Source: Lama glama (Eukaryota). From it: a stretch of DNA of 64,000 bases. Position 1 is the stretch's first letter; every line of letters begins with the position of its first letter. The notes below the pieces were generated by a model. It was not told where the DNA came from. It did no database searches and worked only from the letters and a program-made list of their open reading frames with translations. Made by a program: the position numbers and the translations under genes. Location: NCBI GenBank assembly GCA_028534125.1, contig CM052818.1:23190001-23254000 (forward strand). The letters are read 5' to 3'. Below are positions 48,807-61,972 of this stretch, one piece after another.

Positions 48807-49281
48807 TGACAAACATTTTCTCCTGGACCAAACTCTACTCAGGTTCCTCTAAGCTCTCTTCTCAACCAGACCCTGACTTTCAGGCTTCCGTGTTCATCTC
48901 TGCACTGTCCAAGTTTATCGAGAATCTTGCTGAAGTCAGTTTAGTCAGAATCTCCTACTCTTGTTACCTGGTCATGCTTGATACGTGATCGGGTCTCTCA
49001 TCCCCAGGTGATGTCTGATCACTTAGCCTGCCTTTAGCAAGAATCCCGTTAGGCCAGTTGAGTCAGAACCCTGCTCCTTAGCCCTAATGCTTCCTCTTAG
49101 TTATTTTCCACCCACTGATCCCCACTTCACCCCTTGGCTATAAATTCCCACTTTTCCTTATCATACCCAGAGTTGAGCCCCAATCTCTTTCTCCTAACAC
49201 AAACCCATTTTAGCGGCAACCCCCATCCGGAATAAAGTCTACTTTACCATCTTTAGTGTCATCAATAATTTGTCTTTGATA
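48807..49281 (+). mobile_element. MER31-like ERV1 solo LTR
   Basis: Starts 'tgacaaacattttctcctggaccaaactctactcaggttcctctaagc'. Internal 'ggctataaattcccac' TATA and AATAAA near 49231. Confidence 0.8.
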
Positions 49282-50914
49282 GAAGTTTCTGAGTTTGTTC
49301 TGGGAGAGCCAAGATTGGAGTAGGTCCCAATGCCCTAACTTACAGGGACAAATCATGGGATGGGCAAGAGGTCCAGCACAACCTCTGAGGCAGTTTGTGA
49401 AGTGAGATCAGGGGAAGTAGCCAGGGAATTCATGAGAACTCTGCGCCTTTTTCACTCATGTTACCTCCATGTTTGATATTTTAGGTGCAATCACTGTTTA
49501 ATGAATTGACCAATCAACACCACTGTGGCCTCGATTATGGGCATCATTTATTTTCCGCTTGCTAACATGCCCTCTTTGTTTCAAAAAAGGGTCTAAGGTG
49601 GCTAATATGTCTATGTAGAATCCCAAATGAAGATAGAAATGGAAAACTTCCCTCAGATACTGTAATATGGTCGTGGGCTTGAATGTTTTCCTTTGTGAAT
49701 CAGACCTGGTTTGTTTGTTTTTTAAACTGGTTGTGGTGTTCTGGAAACACAGCCCAAGGCCTTCAAGAAGGACGGGGCCCGTGTGCGCGATGTGTGCAGG
49801 TGTGTGTATTTGTGTGTAGTGCTGTGGGCACGCGCTGATGAAGCAGAAAATGAAACGGCAGCAGTGCCTGACTGCCTGCCTGCTCTGAGCCAGGGGCCTT
49901 ATTATCATTTAATCCTTGTAACAGACCGAGGAGGCAGGTATTATTATTGTGACATATGAGGAAATTGAGGTTAAGAAAGGTGAGATAGTTCCCCCAAGCT
50001 CCAGTACCAACTTAGAGAAAGAACTGTCACCCAAACCGGTCTGTGATTCTGCAGGCTGGGCTCTTGCCACCAGGAGAAGGAGGGCGGGAGGAAAGAGAGC
50101 TGGGTGGGGGTGGGGGCAGAAGTAAGGAGAGAAGGAGAGAAGACACCCTGGGGACGGGTCTATAAGCCCTGGAAACTGCAGAATGAACTCTGAGCCATGG
50201 TGCTAACTCTGCCCCTGGTGCCCCTAACTCTCAAACACCTTCATGTCTGAAGTCTGCTCTCTCCCATCCCCCAGTCCTCTCCCGTCCTCTCCTCCCCAGT
50301 CACCTGCTGAGATACCTCTTTGTCTGATGTTAGAATCTGCATCTCCCACATCTGGAACTGGGCTCCCATGATGTTGGTAGATGTCAGGAGTCTGCTTCGG
50401 GGCTGCTGCCGGGGCAGGGGGCAAGTCCTCCAGTTCCTGTCCAGAGGTGGTTACCTGTGGAAGAGTGTCTGGGGCACAGGGGTAGAGCGGGGCTGGAGAG
50501 GCTGCTATACCTGGGGCTGAATGCTCCCAGCACCTCAGCAGCAGCCAGCCTGCATCCGTCCGCCTCATTTCTTGTGCATCTTGCGCTTGTCAGGTGAGTG
50601 CAGCGCAGACTCTTGGCTGCAGGCAGTTGGTTCTCCGTCTCCAGTCACCAGCACTCAACAGGAGTCATCCAGATGTCACTGTGACGACGTGGCTTTCATA
50701 TTCCTCACAGGGGACCCAGTGGGAGGGAAGCCCCCTCTTTCCTCCTCTAGCCCACATCCCTCTTCCCAGGATGGCATACTGTCACCCAGAAGGGGAGACC
50801 AGTGAGCTCGCTCCTGTCCGCCACTTCCATGGACTGGGAACCTCTGCAGAACCTCCCGCCACAGCGCTTCTGAGCAAAGAGCCAAGCCAGGGTAAGCCTG
50901 TGCATAGAGGGCCT

Positions 50915-51400
50915 CAATTTCAGATCAGATTCACAAATTTAATTTCCTATTCCTTAATTTAATTCTGCATTTTAGTTTTGTTTTTATTATTTACATGGGT
51001 TCCCTTTAATGATTCCAAATTGCTGCTGCCCTCTAGCAGTATTTTGTCTTAGGTTAACTTCTTGAAAACCGATCAGCATTGGAGTTTATTCCGCGCTGGG
51101 TTTAGTTATTTTCTGAAATGAAGCACAATTAAATTAGAATAATGAACATGCTCTTTAGAGGATTAATTCATAATAAGCAGGCCATGTGCTACAGCTCACA
51201 GAAGAAAGGGCATGAGGACCGAAAGCTGTTTTTTTCTGCCTAAATACGAAAAGTACATTCTGCAGAGCAGAACAAATCAGCTAATGACATCCAGAGTGCT
51301 GGCCAGCCCCAGAGCGGCACGGAGCTGGCATCTCGAGTTAGCGCGATCCCTGCTGATGCTGCTGCCTACCTTCTCTCCCGGAGAAGGCTGGCAGCCGGCG
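50915..51400. promoter_or_regulatory. Candidate conserved non-coding element
   Basis: About 450-bp repeat-free block dense in TAAT/ATTA motifs and containing a CTCF-like site. Confidence 0.5.
51024..51040 (-). promoter_or_regulatory. CTCF-like binding motif
   Basis: Minus strand reads ACTGCTAGAGGGCAGCA, close to the CTCF core CCAC/GCAGA/GGGGCA/GC. Confidence 0.5.
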
Positions 51401-51534
51401 ATCTGCCTGGCTCCTTTCTCCTCGGCACAGCTGAGAGAGGCCGCTGTGGGCCTCCTATATCCTCCCCCAGGAAGCCCTAGGCTCCACAGCGCATGGCTTC
51501 ACAAGCTTTACCCTCAGAACCTCCCAGAGCCCTG

Positions 51535-52210
51535 TCATTCATTCATTCCTTCATCCAAGGACTGCTTTCCTGAGCTCCTCTCATGTACTAGGCATCCACA
51601 GACACACCCTCAAGATACATCAGTGAAGATTACAAAGACCCCTGGCCCTTCTGGAGGTTACATTCTAGCACTCAGAGACAGCCAATAAACAGTAGATATA
51701 ATAAGAAAATTATAGACTGTGTCAGAAGGTGATGAGTGTTAAGGAGTAAGGGAGTTGAGAGTAGGGTATATATGTGTGTGTGTGTATGTGGTTTGCAAAT
51801 TCAAATATGACGGGTCAGGGTAGGCTCATGGAGAAGGTGTCCATTGAGCAAAGACTTGAAAAAGATGAGAAAGGGAGCCACTTTCAAGCTTGACCCAGGA
51901 ATCAAGAATGTTCCAGAGCAAAGGACTAGAAACAACTTAGGGCAAAAGGTTTAAGGCTGGAGTGTGGCTGGTAAATTGAGGATGGACAAAGTCACTGGGG
52001 CCTGGAAAGGGGAAGTGAGTGAGATGAGGGTGGGACCAGTCCTCCGGGGCCTGGGCTTCTGCTCTGAGTGAATGGAAAGTCATGGCAGAGATCTGAACAA
52101 AGCAGGACATGATCGGACTCACATAAAAGGATCTCTGGCTGCTGGCTGAGAAGAGACTTTCTGGGGTGAGGTGCGGTGGGTAGAAGCTGGGAGACTGGTC
52201 AGGAGGCTAG
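51535..52210 (-). mobile_element. L2 LINE 3' fragment
   Basis: (CATT)n tail 'tcattcattcattccttcatcc' followed by the L2 body ('gagaaggtgtccattgagcaaagacttgaa...aaggatctctggctgctg'). Confidence 0.8.
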
Positions 52211-53095
52211 CAGGTTAGGCCTCTTAAACTCCAGCCCCAGTGACCCCATAACCATGCTCTCTGGACCCCCCCCAAAGTTCTGAGCCCAGGCTTCACAGCC
52301 AGGCCTGGAAGCTTAGAGTCTCTTGCAGCCCCTTGCCTCCCAGAAAAGCAGTTTTCAAGCAGCTAGGAGGCATGTCTCGAGCCATTATTCTTTGTTTGGC
52401 CTGGATGTCCCCTCTTCAGCTCCTCATCACCCCTCCCACTGATCCATGGACCAGGAGGCGGGAGCCTGCAATGGAAGGGGACTTCCAGGCTGGGACAGCT
52501 CTGCATTGTCCGTTTGGTTGTCTCAGGCTCCACTGAGAGGGAGACACCCTCTCATCCAGGTAACTGACAAAGTGATGTCAGAAGTCCTCTGCTGTGCAGC
52601 TGCCACAGAGACAGGGGCCAGATCAAAGCAGGAGAGGACCAACATCTGTGGCAACCAAAGCAAGGAAGAGGTACAAACGGAATGAATAAATAAGCAGATG
52701 AATGATTGATGGGAGGGAGGGGGATGAATGATTAATGACTAAATGAATGATTGATGAATAAACAAGTGTACGGCTCAGAGCCAGCTCCCCCTCTCTGCTC
52801 TTGGGGAACAGTCTCTCCTGGGAACTGAGCAATAAAGATCCTTTCAAGGCCATCCCCCCGAGAATTCCCTGATGGAGTTGGGATTGCACTACTTCTGACC
52901 CCAGAGGTGGAGGAGGCTTTGGCCCCTGCCTGAGGCTCTGGGGGTCGGGGGGTGGGGTGGGCTGGAGGAAGGAGGCCAGAGCTACAGGGCCCTGGGATAG
53001 AAGATGCGTGGGGCAGCCTGTAGGTTCTGAGGGAGGAAGAGCCTCTGAGGATGTCTTGGGAGGGGAAGGTGTTGGGGGAAGAGGGTGTTTTCAAA

Positions 53096-53651
53096 TGTAG
53101 GTTTTATTATTGTTCAGGTGTGGTGAGGCCAGCAGGTCAGGAGATCAGGAGACAACTGCCATTGAAATGATAATTTGTTATACTTACAGACCCCAAGAGA
53201 AGGGGGCATGCCACACCGTGGTGGGGCCACACGGGAAGCACAGGGCCAGTCAGGAGGCAGCAGAAATTAGGGGAAATGTGGGCAAGAGCCTTTACTGTGG
53301 TTTCCACAGCAAGGAACGGGCAGGCAGGGTAAGCAGGTTTAGGACTGGCTAGGTTGAGCAATTTCAGTGGGTACTAGGGAGTAGGGGCTGTCCCAGTTTC
53401 CCCTAGTTGTCTGGACCCTGGTCCTGGAGGGATTAGGGCTGAGTGATATTGGTTTAGGGTGTGAGAGCTCTATAAAGGAGGTGGCTGAGGGTTTGGACTC
53501 TGGATTGGTTGGTTTGCGTATGAAAGGTGTACTGGCAGGTGAGTCTTTTACTATCTCTAGGGATCGGCTAACCCGGGAGGAGCAGTCCCTCCAGTGTCAG
53601 CAAGACCACAGACAGCAAAGCATCAAAAACACAGAAGATTAACAGGCGCAC
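53096..53651 (-). mobile_element. MER76-like ERVL solo LTR
   Basis: 'tgtaggttttattattgttcaggtgtggtgaggccagcag...actgccattgaaa...gtgggcaagagcctttactgtggtttcc' matches the recalled antisense MER76. Confidence 0.75.
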
Positions 53652-54189
53652 AAGTCAGAGGGAAAGAGAAGAGATTCGGTTTTTCCTTTCGTAGTCCCAC
53701 ACTAGACATTCTCCAGATGCGGTGTCTTGGATTAGTCTCATTCTAGGGCCTGTTAGGACAGAGAAGTCCATTTCAGTTGTGTGTGTGATTATATCGTTTC
53801 AACAGGTAGGAAGATTGTGGTGGCTGAGATTTCCAGAAACTTCCCTTGGTGGTGCTGATAACTCCAGCTCAGGCCCGGACAACCCCTCCACTGTCCTGGC
53901 ACCACCCAGACACTTGATGTGTTGCCTCCCTACTTCCAGAGGCTCTTGTCTCCCAGTGTAACCATATCCTGGTGTCTTCCAGGGGAGATGTGCCCTGTTG
54001 GGGGAGGATTCAAGGAAGCAGTGTCTGGACTGTGGGTCTTATGGTCCCACTCAATTTTTCAGGAGGGCATTGCCAGGGGAGCCCCATGGAATCTAGACTG
54101 CGAGTTGGGGGTTCAAAAGACCGCTCAGAAGAGAACATGCTTGTGTTTCACCTTATTTTCTGAATTTGAATAGACGATCAAAACAAAAA

Positions 54190-54400
54190 TGGCTCCCATT
54201 AATTGCAAGCTTATTAAGGGCTAGATGTTGGGCTAAGAGCCTTGCATTTTTTACGTCATTTAATTCTCTCAGCAACCCCAGGGTGCAGATATTTTTACCC
54301 ACATTTAACAAACCAAACTGAGGCACCGAAGGGCTCAGCGACTTGCTGGCAACTGGTAGAGTGAGAATTGCACCCAGATAGATGGTGGTCACTTGGAGTT
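54190..54400 (-). mobile_element. MIR SINE
   Basis: 'tcatttaattctctcagcaacccc...aaactgaggcaccgaagggctcagcgacttgc'. Confidence 0.75.
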
Positions 54401-55879
54401 GAAAACTGAAGGGACTTTTCCTGGAGGCCTCTTCCAAAAACCCCGCTGATCTTTCTTTCATTCCTTTGAGTTGGTGGTTTTTAACCCTTTGGGGCCTGCA
54501 GAGCTCTCTGATCACGTGATGAGCGGCTTAGAGTTACTTCCTAGAAAATACACATTTTGCGTTTTGCACAGGGACATCTCCCAGGCAATTTCAAGAGTCC
54601 ACAGGCCCTTCCGAAGCTCATGAACCCTGCTTTTGGCATTTGCTTTCTACCGTGACTGTTTTTCTTTCTCGTAACCCTAGGGCACAGGGCAACCCTCAGG
54701 GCTCCAAAATCACCCCAGTGGGGAATGGAATCAGACAGGACAGGTTAATCAATGAAAGCTCACTGCATGCTCCTTCCATAATTGCATTCTTGCCTTTTCA
54801 TCCTAACAGCCAGCACTTAGGGTAATTGCATTCCAATAAGGATCCCAGGTTTGGGGCCTCTGGGGCCTGCCCAGGAGCCTGTTGACATGCCATCTGCTTC
54901 CAGAGGGGTTCTGGAGACCTAGGCAGCCTTTTAAAATTCTTCTCTGTTGTCTTTGCTATGAGAGACAAAGAACTCTGTAACAGATCTTGTCTGAAATCCC
55001 ACTTTTTAAACCCACCCACATCAGCCCTGGAGCCAAGGAGTCTTCCTCAGGCTTGGGCTGTCTTTCTGAAGTCAAAACAGCAGCACCTGTCATCCCAATT
55101 GGGTGATCTTCCGAAACACCTGGCTTCGGAGCAGGGCGGCAGCCCCGACTCGGCTGTGCAGAACCCACTCAAGACTAAAGAATCGAAGGGCTTGGGCACC
55201 TCCTCGGGGCAGGGTACTGTGCTGCCGCAAACACCCCGACTCATTTGTTCACACGATTTATCAGAATCTCCCTAAAGGACTCCTCCTCTTTGCAAGGAGA
55301 ACCCACTGTCCAGGAAAAGTAGGGAATCCCACAAGAAACGGGGAAGTTTCATGAACCAGGAGAGTCTTATTTCCAGAAATACAACTTCCTCTAAAGAAGG
55401 TCCTGGCGTTCTCCAGGCACCATGAAGTCCACACAATGAACAGGAAAAGTGCAGAGTTCAGGATGATTTGAGTTTCACTGTTTCCCAAATTGAGATGGCC
55501 CCTCTGTTTGCCCCCACCAAAGGAATGAGGTATAAAATGGAGAGGTCTGGTGTTTGTTATATGACTTGCAGACGCTCCTTCCCCCCCACGCAGCCCCTGA
55601 TGCTTCTTTCCTGCAGAGAAAACTCTCCTCTGGGGCTCTTCTTCCTCTCAGATTCGAGCCCCAAGAAAGCTCCCCCGCCACTCAGCTCCCCTGTGCTACC
55701 TCCTTGGGGCTGAGGGCTGAGTCCCTCAGGCCTGCTGACACCTTCCTGCTCTCGCTCAGAGGAAGTGGACTGTTTCAGGATGGAAACGTTCTTACTGCAG
55801 GACGGAGGGTGATGAGTATTCTTGGGTGGTTAATTCCTCCCGCCCCAAACTACAACACTACAGTCCTTGCCGCTGATCT

Positions 55880-56060
55880 GTGGTTTAGCAGAAAGAGCAC
55901 TGACTTTTCCGTGTGGCAGGCTGGTGTTTGAGTCGTGGCTCTGCTGGTCACGAGCTGTGTGACATCGGGCAAGTCACATCACCAGCCTGCATCTCAGTTT
56001 TCTCCCATGGAGGTAGCGGTGGTGGGGAGAGAATGAGATTTACCTTACATGGTTGAAACT
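55880..56060 (+). mobile_element. MIR SINE
   Basis: 'gagctgtgtgacatcgggcaagtcacatcac...ctcagttttctc'. Confidence 0.7.
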
Positions 56061-59000
56061 GAAGAGAGAACATGCCACAGACCCTGGCATTCGATATTTG
56101 ATTTCCTTTCCTTCTTTCCCTGCATGAAGGCACAAATTCCTAAAGCAATTTGCAGATGTTAGAAGGTACTATGGGGTTGTTCTGTATTAGCGCTCTTGGG
56201 CTGACCCTTCCCCCCAGCCTTGCCCCCCCCATTCCATTCTTTCTTTATCCTAATCTCTCCCTCTGTCTATAGCAGGTGACCTGAACTCCAAATCATTGCT
56301 TCAGCCTTTCCCAGAAAACTTAGTTCTCACTAACAGGCTTGGCATCCTTCCTGTGGCCAGTGCAGTGTCCCAAGTGGGGACACGCACGGATAGGTCAATT
56401 TGTCCATCCCTTCCTCTTCTGGCTTAACACTAGGGTCCTGACTTCCAAGTTTGGTGGGGCTGCTCCACACTTTCTGTGGGTGGTGAGACTGTAGACCCTT
56501 CATTAAGGCGGACCCTACTTGGGCATCAGCCCCCTCGGGGTGAACAGGAGCCAATAGGGCTGTGCGATGCATACATCCTCCCATGCAAGGACGTGCTGCT
56601 CCATTACTTCACTGTGCTCACCCTTGTCACCAGCACCTAGCACCCCTCTCAGGACTCCCTGAGCCTCAGGGAACTAACACCCTAAGGCACAGACCCAGAG
56701 CCATGCTTCTGGGGTATGTCTTGCCCGCTTACAGGTTGAGTGTTCTAAATGGATTCTTGAAATCCATAAGTCAGTGCAGGGTGGGGAGTGGGGGGCGGTG
56801 GGGGGCAGGGAATGGTGGAGGGAAGGGGTCAGAACAGGCCACAGGAGATTAGGGATTTAATTAAACTGCTTGTTTGGGTAAGGGCTTTTAGGTGCAAAGC
56901 TGCTTTGCATGATAATGGCAGTTTATCTGAATTCCATTCTACTGAAGGAAACTCTTTTACACTTAATTACTGTGACCAGTAAACCTAGTTTCTCCTTGAC
57001 GCCCCTCCCCAGGGGGAGGGGGCAGCCTGCCCCTCAGCTTCAGTCCCACTGACCACTGCCAAGGACAGACCCCCTTGTCATCTGTCCCATTTCCTGGAGG
57101 CCTGTCCACGTACCAGGCAACACCTAGGTGGGTGGAGGGCCTTTGGGATGACTCAGCGAAGTCAGGTCCGGTTGCGGGGAGACCCCTGAAGGTCCCCATA
57201 GAGCTCCGCAGCCAGCCAGGGCTGCAGAGAATGGGTCTGGGATCAGGCTGCTGGGAATGAGCCTGAGAGTCTCTGCTCCCAGAGCCCCCCTATACTAAAC
57301 AGGACCGACATCCCCTGGTAGGCTCTTGCTCCCGAACTGGCTGGCAGAGGTGTGGTGGCTAAGTGTGCTGGGAGGGTAAGAGGGGGTGGGTGGTCTGGAC
57401 CAGAGTGTGACTCCCTGGATGACTTGTCCGGGCGGCCTGAAGGTGGAGGAGTTGCATCTTAGCGTTTGGTGGTGGTAGTAATGTTTTCCAGGCAGAAGGA
57501 CAGCATTCGCTGACCTGTCAGCCAAAGGGAGAGGAAGATGGAAAGGTTGGTGGGGAGAGTCAGAGAGCCCTTGTCCAGCTAGAGATGGGCCTCAGCGTTT
57601 AGAAACTCCAGACACACGGCAGGCTGGGGAAGGGTTAAAGGGTTTGGGAACTCCTGTTTCCAATCACTTGTCAGCCAGCTTTGCTCTCATCCTTATCAGC
57701 AGGGATAGGGCCGCGGGGAGAGAGACTCAGAGAGCTTTAGTTTCCAAGCTCTTCCCAGACTCCCAGCTCGCAGCGTTCTCTTTACCTTCTAAGGGCTCTC
57801 GGCTCAGGCTGGGGGCAGGGCGGTGGGCAGGGTCTGGGAACCCAAACACATTTAATGGAGTAGAGTGGGAGTTACTAAATACAGCCCTAGGGGTGGTGGG
57901 GGGCTGTAGAATCTCAGGAGTAAACCTTCAGAGTCAAACATCCCCTCCTCCCTTCCCCCACAACAGAAAGCCAGAGCCGTGCAGCTGTGTCTTTGCTCCT
58001 TCGTTAACTCACCATTGACTAAGACCCTTCGATCTTTTTCCCTTTCACAGTTACTGCTGAGTCAGAGATCTCCATTGTGTTTTTGTGCAGTGACTTTTGA
58101 AACTCAAGTAGAGGACCTTGCATTGCGGGTGAGATGCATCTTGCTAGATTTGACCTCTGCTAGCCTTTGGAGAGGTATGCCCTTTTCATTTCTGCCAGCC
58201 TACCTATTTACTAACTGCTACTAGAAAATTTGATAAACCTGCTTCCTATAGCTTTATTCAAGCGACTGACTTAAAAGCTGTTGCCGGGGAGAGGGCTGAG
58301 GACTGAGCCATCAGTCACACCAATGTAGATGATTTTCTATAACTTGACATCAATCTGGGGTCAGTATCTTTGGGTGTGGTTATTAAACCAGGTACCAATC
58401 TCCTATATTGTGCTCTTCTACTTTATAATCCACCCATGTACACAGGAGGCTATCATGAGAAAAGATACACGCCTTTCTGAAATCCAATACACCTGGTTCC
58501 TGAATTGCCATTCTAGTAACCCTGTTAAAAGAAGGAAGTAAGGTTCACACGATATTTTGCAGTAGACAAGAGACATGTTATGAATGCAAATGTAAACATC
58601 ATAACTACCATTTTGTAAGGAGCAGCGTGTTACTTGGCAGGAAGAATTGGTATATGTTTCAGACATGCCCGGGAGCTGGGTCTGTAAAAGAGAACTGACC
58701 GAGAGAAGAAACAGGGGTCTACAGGAGGATTTGAGTTAATCAAAAGCAGGAACTGAGGCCGCAGTTTGTGGAAAAAGCACCAGTTTCGGTGATTTGGGGG
58801 GTCCTGTGACTGTAAAAGTAGATCCTGGGCTAGAACCAAGGTTTTCCCCTGGAGAACCAGCCACAAGACCTTGATTCTTCTAGATCTAGAAACTCCAGGC
58901 AGGTTCTGAACACCCGGGGCTGAGCCTCCGTGGTCCTGCTAATGCTGTTCTGTCTGGGATCCCTCTCCCTGCTGCCTACGTGCTGAACATCAGCTCATCC

Positions 59001-59309
59001 TTCATTTCCATTCCAACTCTTACATCCTTAACAAGTCCTGCCCACCTCTTCCTCACCTCTGATTCCAGACTTTCCAGGTAGACTACTTCTCCCACTGACT
59101 TTTTGTTCCAGTATGCATTTGCACCGAGAACACTTTATTGTACAGAGGAAAGAACACAGGCTTTGAAGTCTAGTAGAGTTAAAATTCAGCTCTGACTTTG
59201 CTTATTTTAACCCATCTAAATCACAGTTTCCTCGTCTGTAAAGTTGGGACAAGAGTAAATTCTCAATAGGACCAGCGTGAGGGTTCAATAGGTAACGAAC
59301 ACAGAGCAC

Positions 59310-59832
59310 TGGACTAGTTATCTATTGCTGCACAACACATTACTCCAAATTTACTGACTTACACCAACAATAAACACTATCGCACATGGTTTCTATGGGT
59401 CAGGAATTTGGGAACAGCTGAGCTGAGTGGTTCTGGCTTGCTGTTTCTCATGAGGTTGCAGGAATCTGAAGGCTTTGAAACGAGGGCCTCTGCTTCCAAG
59501 ATGGCTGAGTCACATGGCTGTTGGCAGGTTTCAGTTCCTCACTGGCTGTTGATGGGAGGCCTTGGTTCTTCTCCATGTGGACCTCCCTATAGGGATTCTT
59601 AAGTGTCTTCACTACGTGGCACTTGGATTTCTCTAGGGTGACTGATCTGAGAGAAAGATGAAAGCTGCGGTAGCACTATGGCTGAGCCTCAGATGTCACA
59701 CACCATTTTTTTCTACAAATTCTATTAGTTACACATATCAGTCCTACTCAGTGTAGAAGGGGATTACTTACAAGCACATGAGTACCAGGAGGTGAGGATC
59801 TCTGTGGGCCATCTTGGAGGCTGGCTATCACA
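59310..59832 (-). mobile_element. MLT1-family solo LTR inserted in a MIR
   Basis: Starts 'tggactagttatctattgctgc' and ends 'ggccatcttggaggctggctatcaca'. TSD agcac/agtac. MIR head at about 59135-59309, MIR tail at about 60561-60597. Confidence 0.85.
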
Positions 59833-59849
59833 AGTACCTAGCCTATTGT

Positions 59850-60554
59850 TTATTGAAAGCATATCATATTATAAGGTGGAAACAAACTAAGTGTCACAGA
59901 CAGATTAATGGAAAAGCAATGTGATATATACATACATATGTATGTGTGTATATATAGAAAATGTGTATAGATCACATTTTTCATCTAGAATATATACAAT
60001 GGAATAGTATTCAGCATTAAACAAGAGGGAAATCCTGCCATTTGCAACAGCATGGATGAACTTGGGGGACACTATGCTAAGTAAAATAAACCAGACATAG
60101 ACACATATTGCGTTTTCTCACTTATATGTGACATCTAAAAAAGAAAAAAAAAGTTGAACTTATAGTAATGGAGAGTAGAATGGTGGTTACCAGAAGCTGG
60201 GGGTTGAGGGAAAATTGGGGTATTGATCAAATTGTGCAAACTTTCAGTTATAAGGTGAGTCAGTTCTGGAAACCTAATGAAAGGCATGGTGACTGTAGTT
60301 AATAATCATGTATGATATACTTGAAATTTGCTAAGAGAGCAAAGCTTGTGTGTTCCCACTACACACACACACACACACACACACATACATATACAATGGT
60401 CAGCTATGGGAGGTGATGGATATGTTAGCTAGTTTGATTGTGGTAATCATTTCACAGTGTATACATGTATCAAAATATCCCATTTGTATACTTTAAGTAT
60501 AGGTAGTTTTTATTTGTCAAAAATAAATTGAAAATATATATTTTTAAAAAAGGA
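59850..60554 (+). mobile_element. L1MA-like 3' end (ORF2 end + 3' UTR) with (CA)n at about 60361-60386
   Basis: 'atacaatggaatagtattcagcattaaacaagagggaaatcctgccatttgcaacagcatggatgaac...cttgaaatttgctaagagag...aataaattgaaaa'. Possible TSD tattgt/tattgt. Confidence 0.9.
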
Positions 60555-61840
60555 TATTGTAAGTGTTCATTAAATAGTAGCTGCCATTATTATTAATTCA
60601 CACATCTGTTTTCCCTACTAGAAAAATCCCTTGAGGGCAGTGACCATGTATTGACTGCTTGTATCTCAGGTGCCTATGGTAGTGTCAAGTATATTGGTAG
60701 GTCCATACTCAGTGTCACTGCAGAAGTTCTGAATGAAGGCTTGGAGAGAGCTAGTCTAGTGGCAGGCTCTGGGCGATCAGAGAGCGTCCACTCCCAGATG
60801 TTAAGGTGGATTCTGTAGTAGCTCTGTACCTGGAATTACCAAGCTGTATAGAACCAAGGCATGACGATTCTTCACATTTTGATGCTTGACAACTAAAGAT
60901 GTTTGATTCCTTAACAGCAGACAGGGCAGGCAGAGTTCTTAATATCCTTTTTTGAAAAGGGCCCTGGACAGGAATTTGGTGTAAAGCAGTGGTCCCAACC
61001 CCACGATTTAAAGAGTCAACCACTGCTCTTTAATTCCCTAGACTGAGGCAGACATGGGAACCTCTTGATATTTTTATCATACTCAAATTCCTATCTTGAT
61101 GACTTCTGTGTCCTTCAACCAGGCAGAACAATCTCCCTTTCTAGGAGATTCTGAGGCACATTTCTTAGAGTTAATTAAAAGGTGCACAGAGTGTTTCATG
61201 TCAGAGACCTGCCTGCCTCCTCCTGCCCTCCCAGCAGAGGATCTGAGTCTGTGAGGTAATTGATATTCTGTGCAATATTAAGTTTCCAGACACGTAGCTC
61301 AAATTGTAAGCCTTGCTCTCACCTCTTGGGCTTGAAAGTTCACCGATTGTCCTTTTCCCACAGACAGAGCTCTCTGTCTCTGCTGGTGCTTGGTTTGTTT
61401 GCCCTGTTTTCCAATAAGAAGCCGCTCCCATGGGACTGCACCTCCAGGAGCCTCAGACACAAAGACCCATGGAGAAGCAGGTGTATTCTCCGAGATTTCC
61501 CATGTAGATCACATTCCCATTGTCTGAGGTCCCATTTCTCCCCCGTCCCTTGAAATCTCCAACAAGTGGCTTGGGTTGGCTCTTTCTCCCTTCTTTAAGC
61601 TAGGGTGAGAGTGGCAAGAAGATGAGGACGCTTTTTCTATTGGAGTGGAAAGGTCTTGGTTGCTCTGATCAACATGTGGCCCCTGGATAATAAAGAGAAG
61701 ATTGAGACATGGAAATTATCGACGGGATGCACCATGGGAGACAGATGATGTCTGCATTGCATCTCGACCAAGCCAGATCACTCTGTGGGACTCTGAAAGG
61801 AAATTAAAAATTCTTATTGATTGAAATAAAGAATACCAGA

Positions 61841-61972
61841 GGGGAGGGTATAGCTCAAGTGGTAGAGTGCATGCTTACCATGCACAAGGTCCTGGGTTCA
61901 ATCCCCAGTACCTCCTCTAAAAATAAATAAATAAATAAACCTAATTACCTCCCTCCTCCCCACCCCCACAAA
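61841..61972 (+). mobile_element. tRNA-derived camelid-type SINE (long form, well preserved)
   Basis: Head with A box (tagctcaagtgg) and B box (ggttcaatcc), (AAAT)n, tail 'aaacctaattacctccc'. TSD aaagaataccaga (61828-61840) / aaagaataccata (61973-61985). Confidence 0.95.

Noticed and set aside
52670..52765. Multiple TGATTGAT/TGAATGA motifs resembling PBX sites
   Set aside because: Degenerate (GAAT)n-type simple repeat or L2-tail-like sequence, not a motif cluster.
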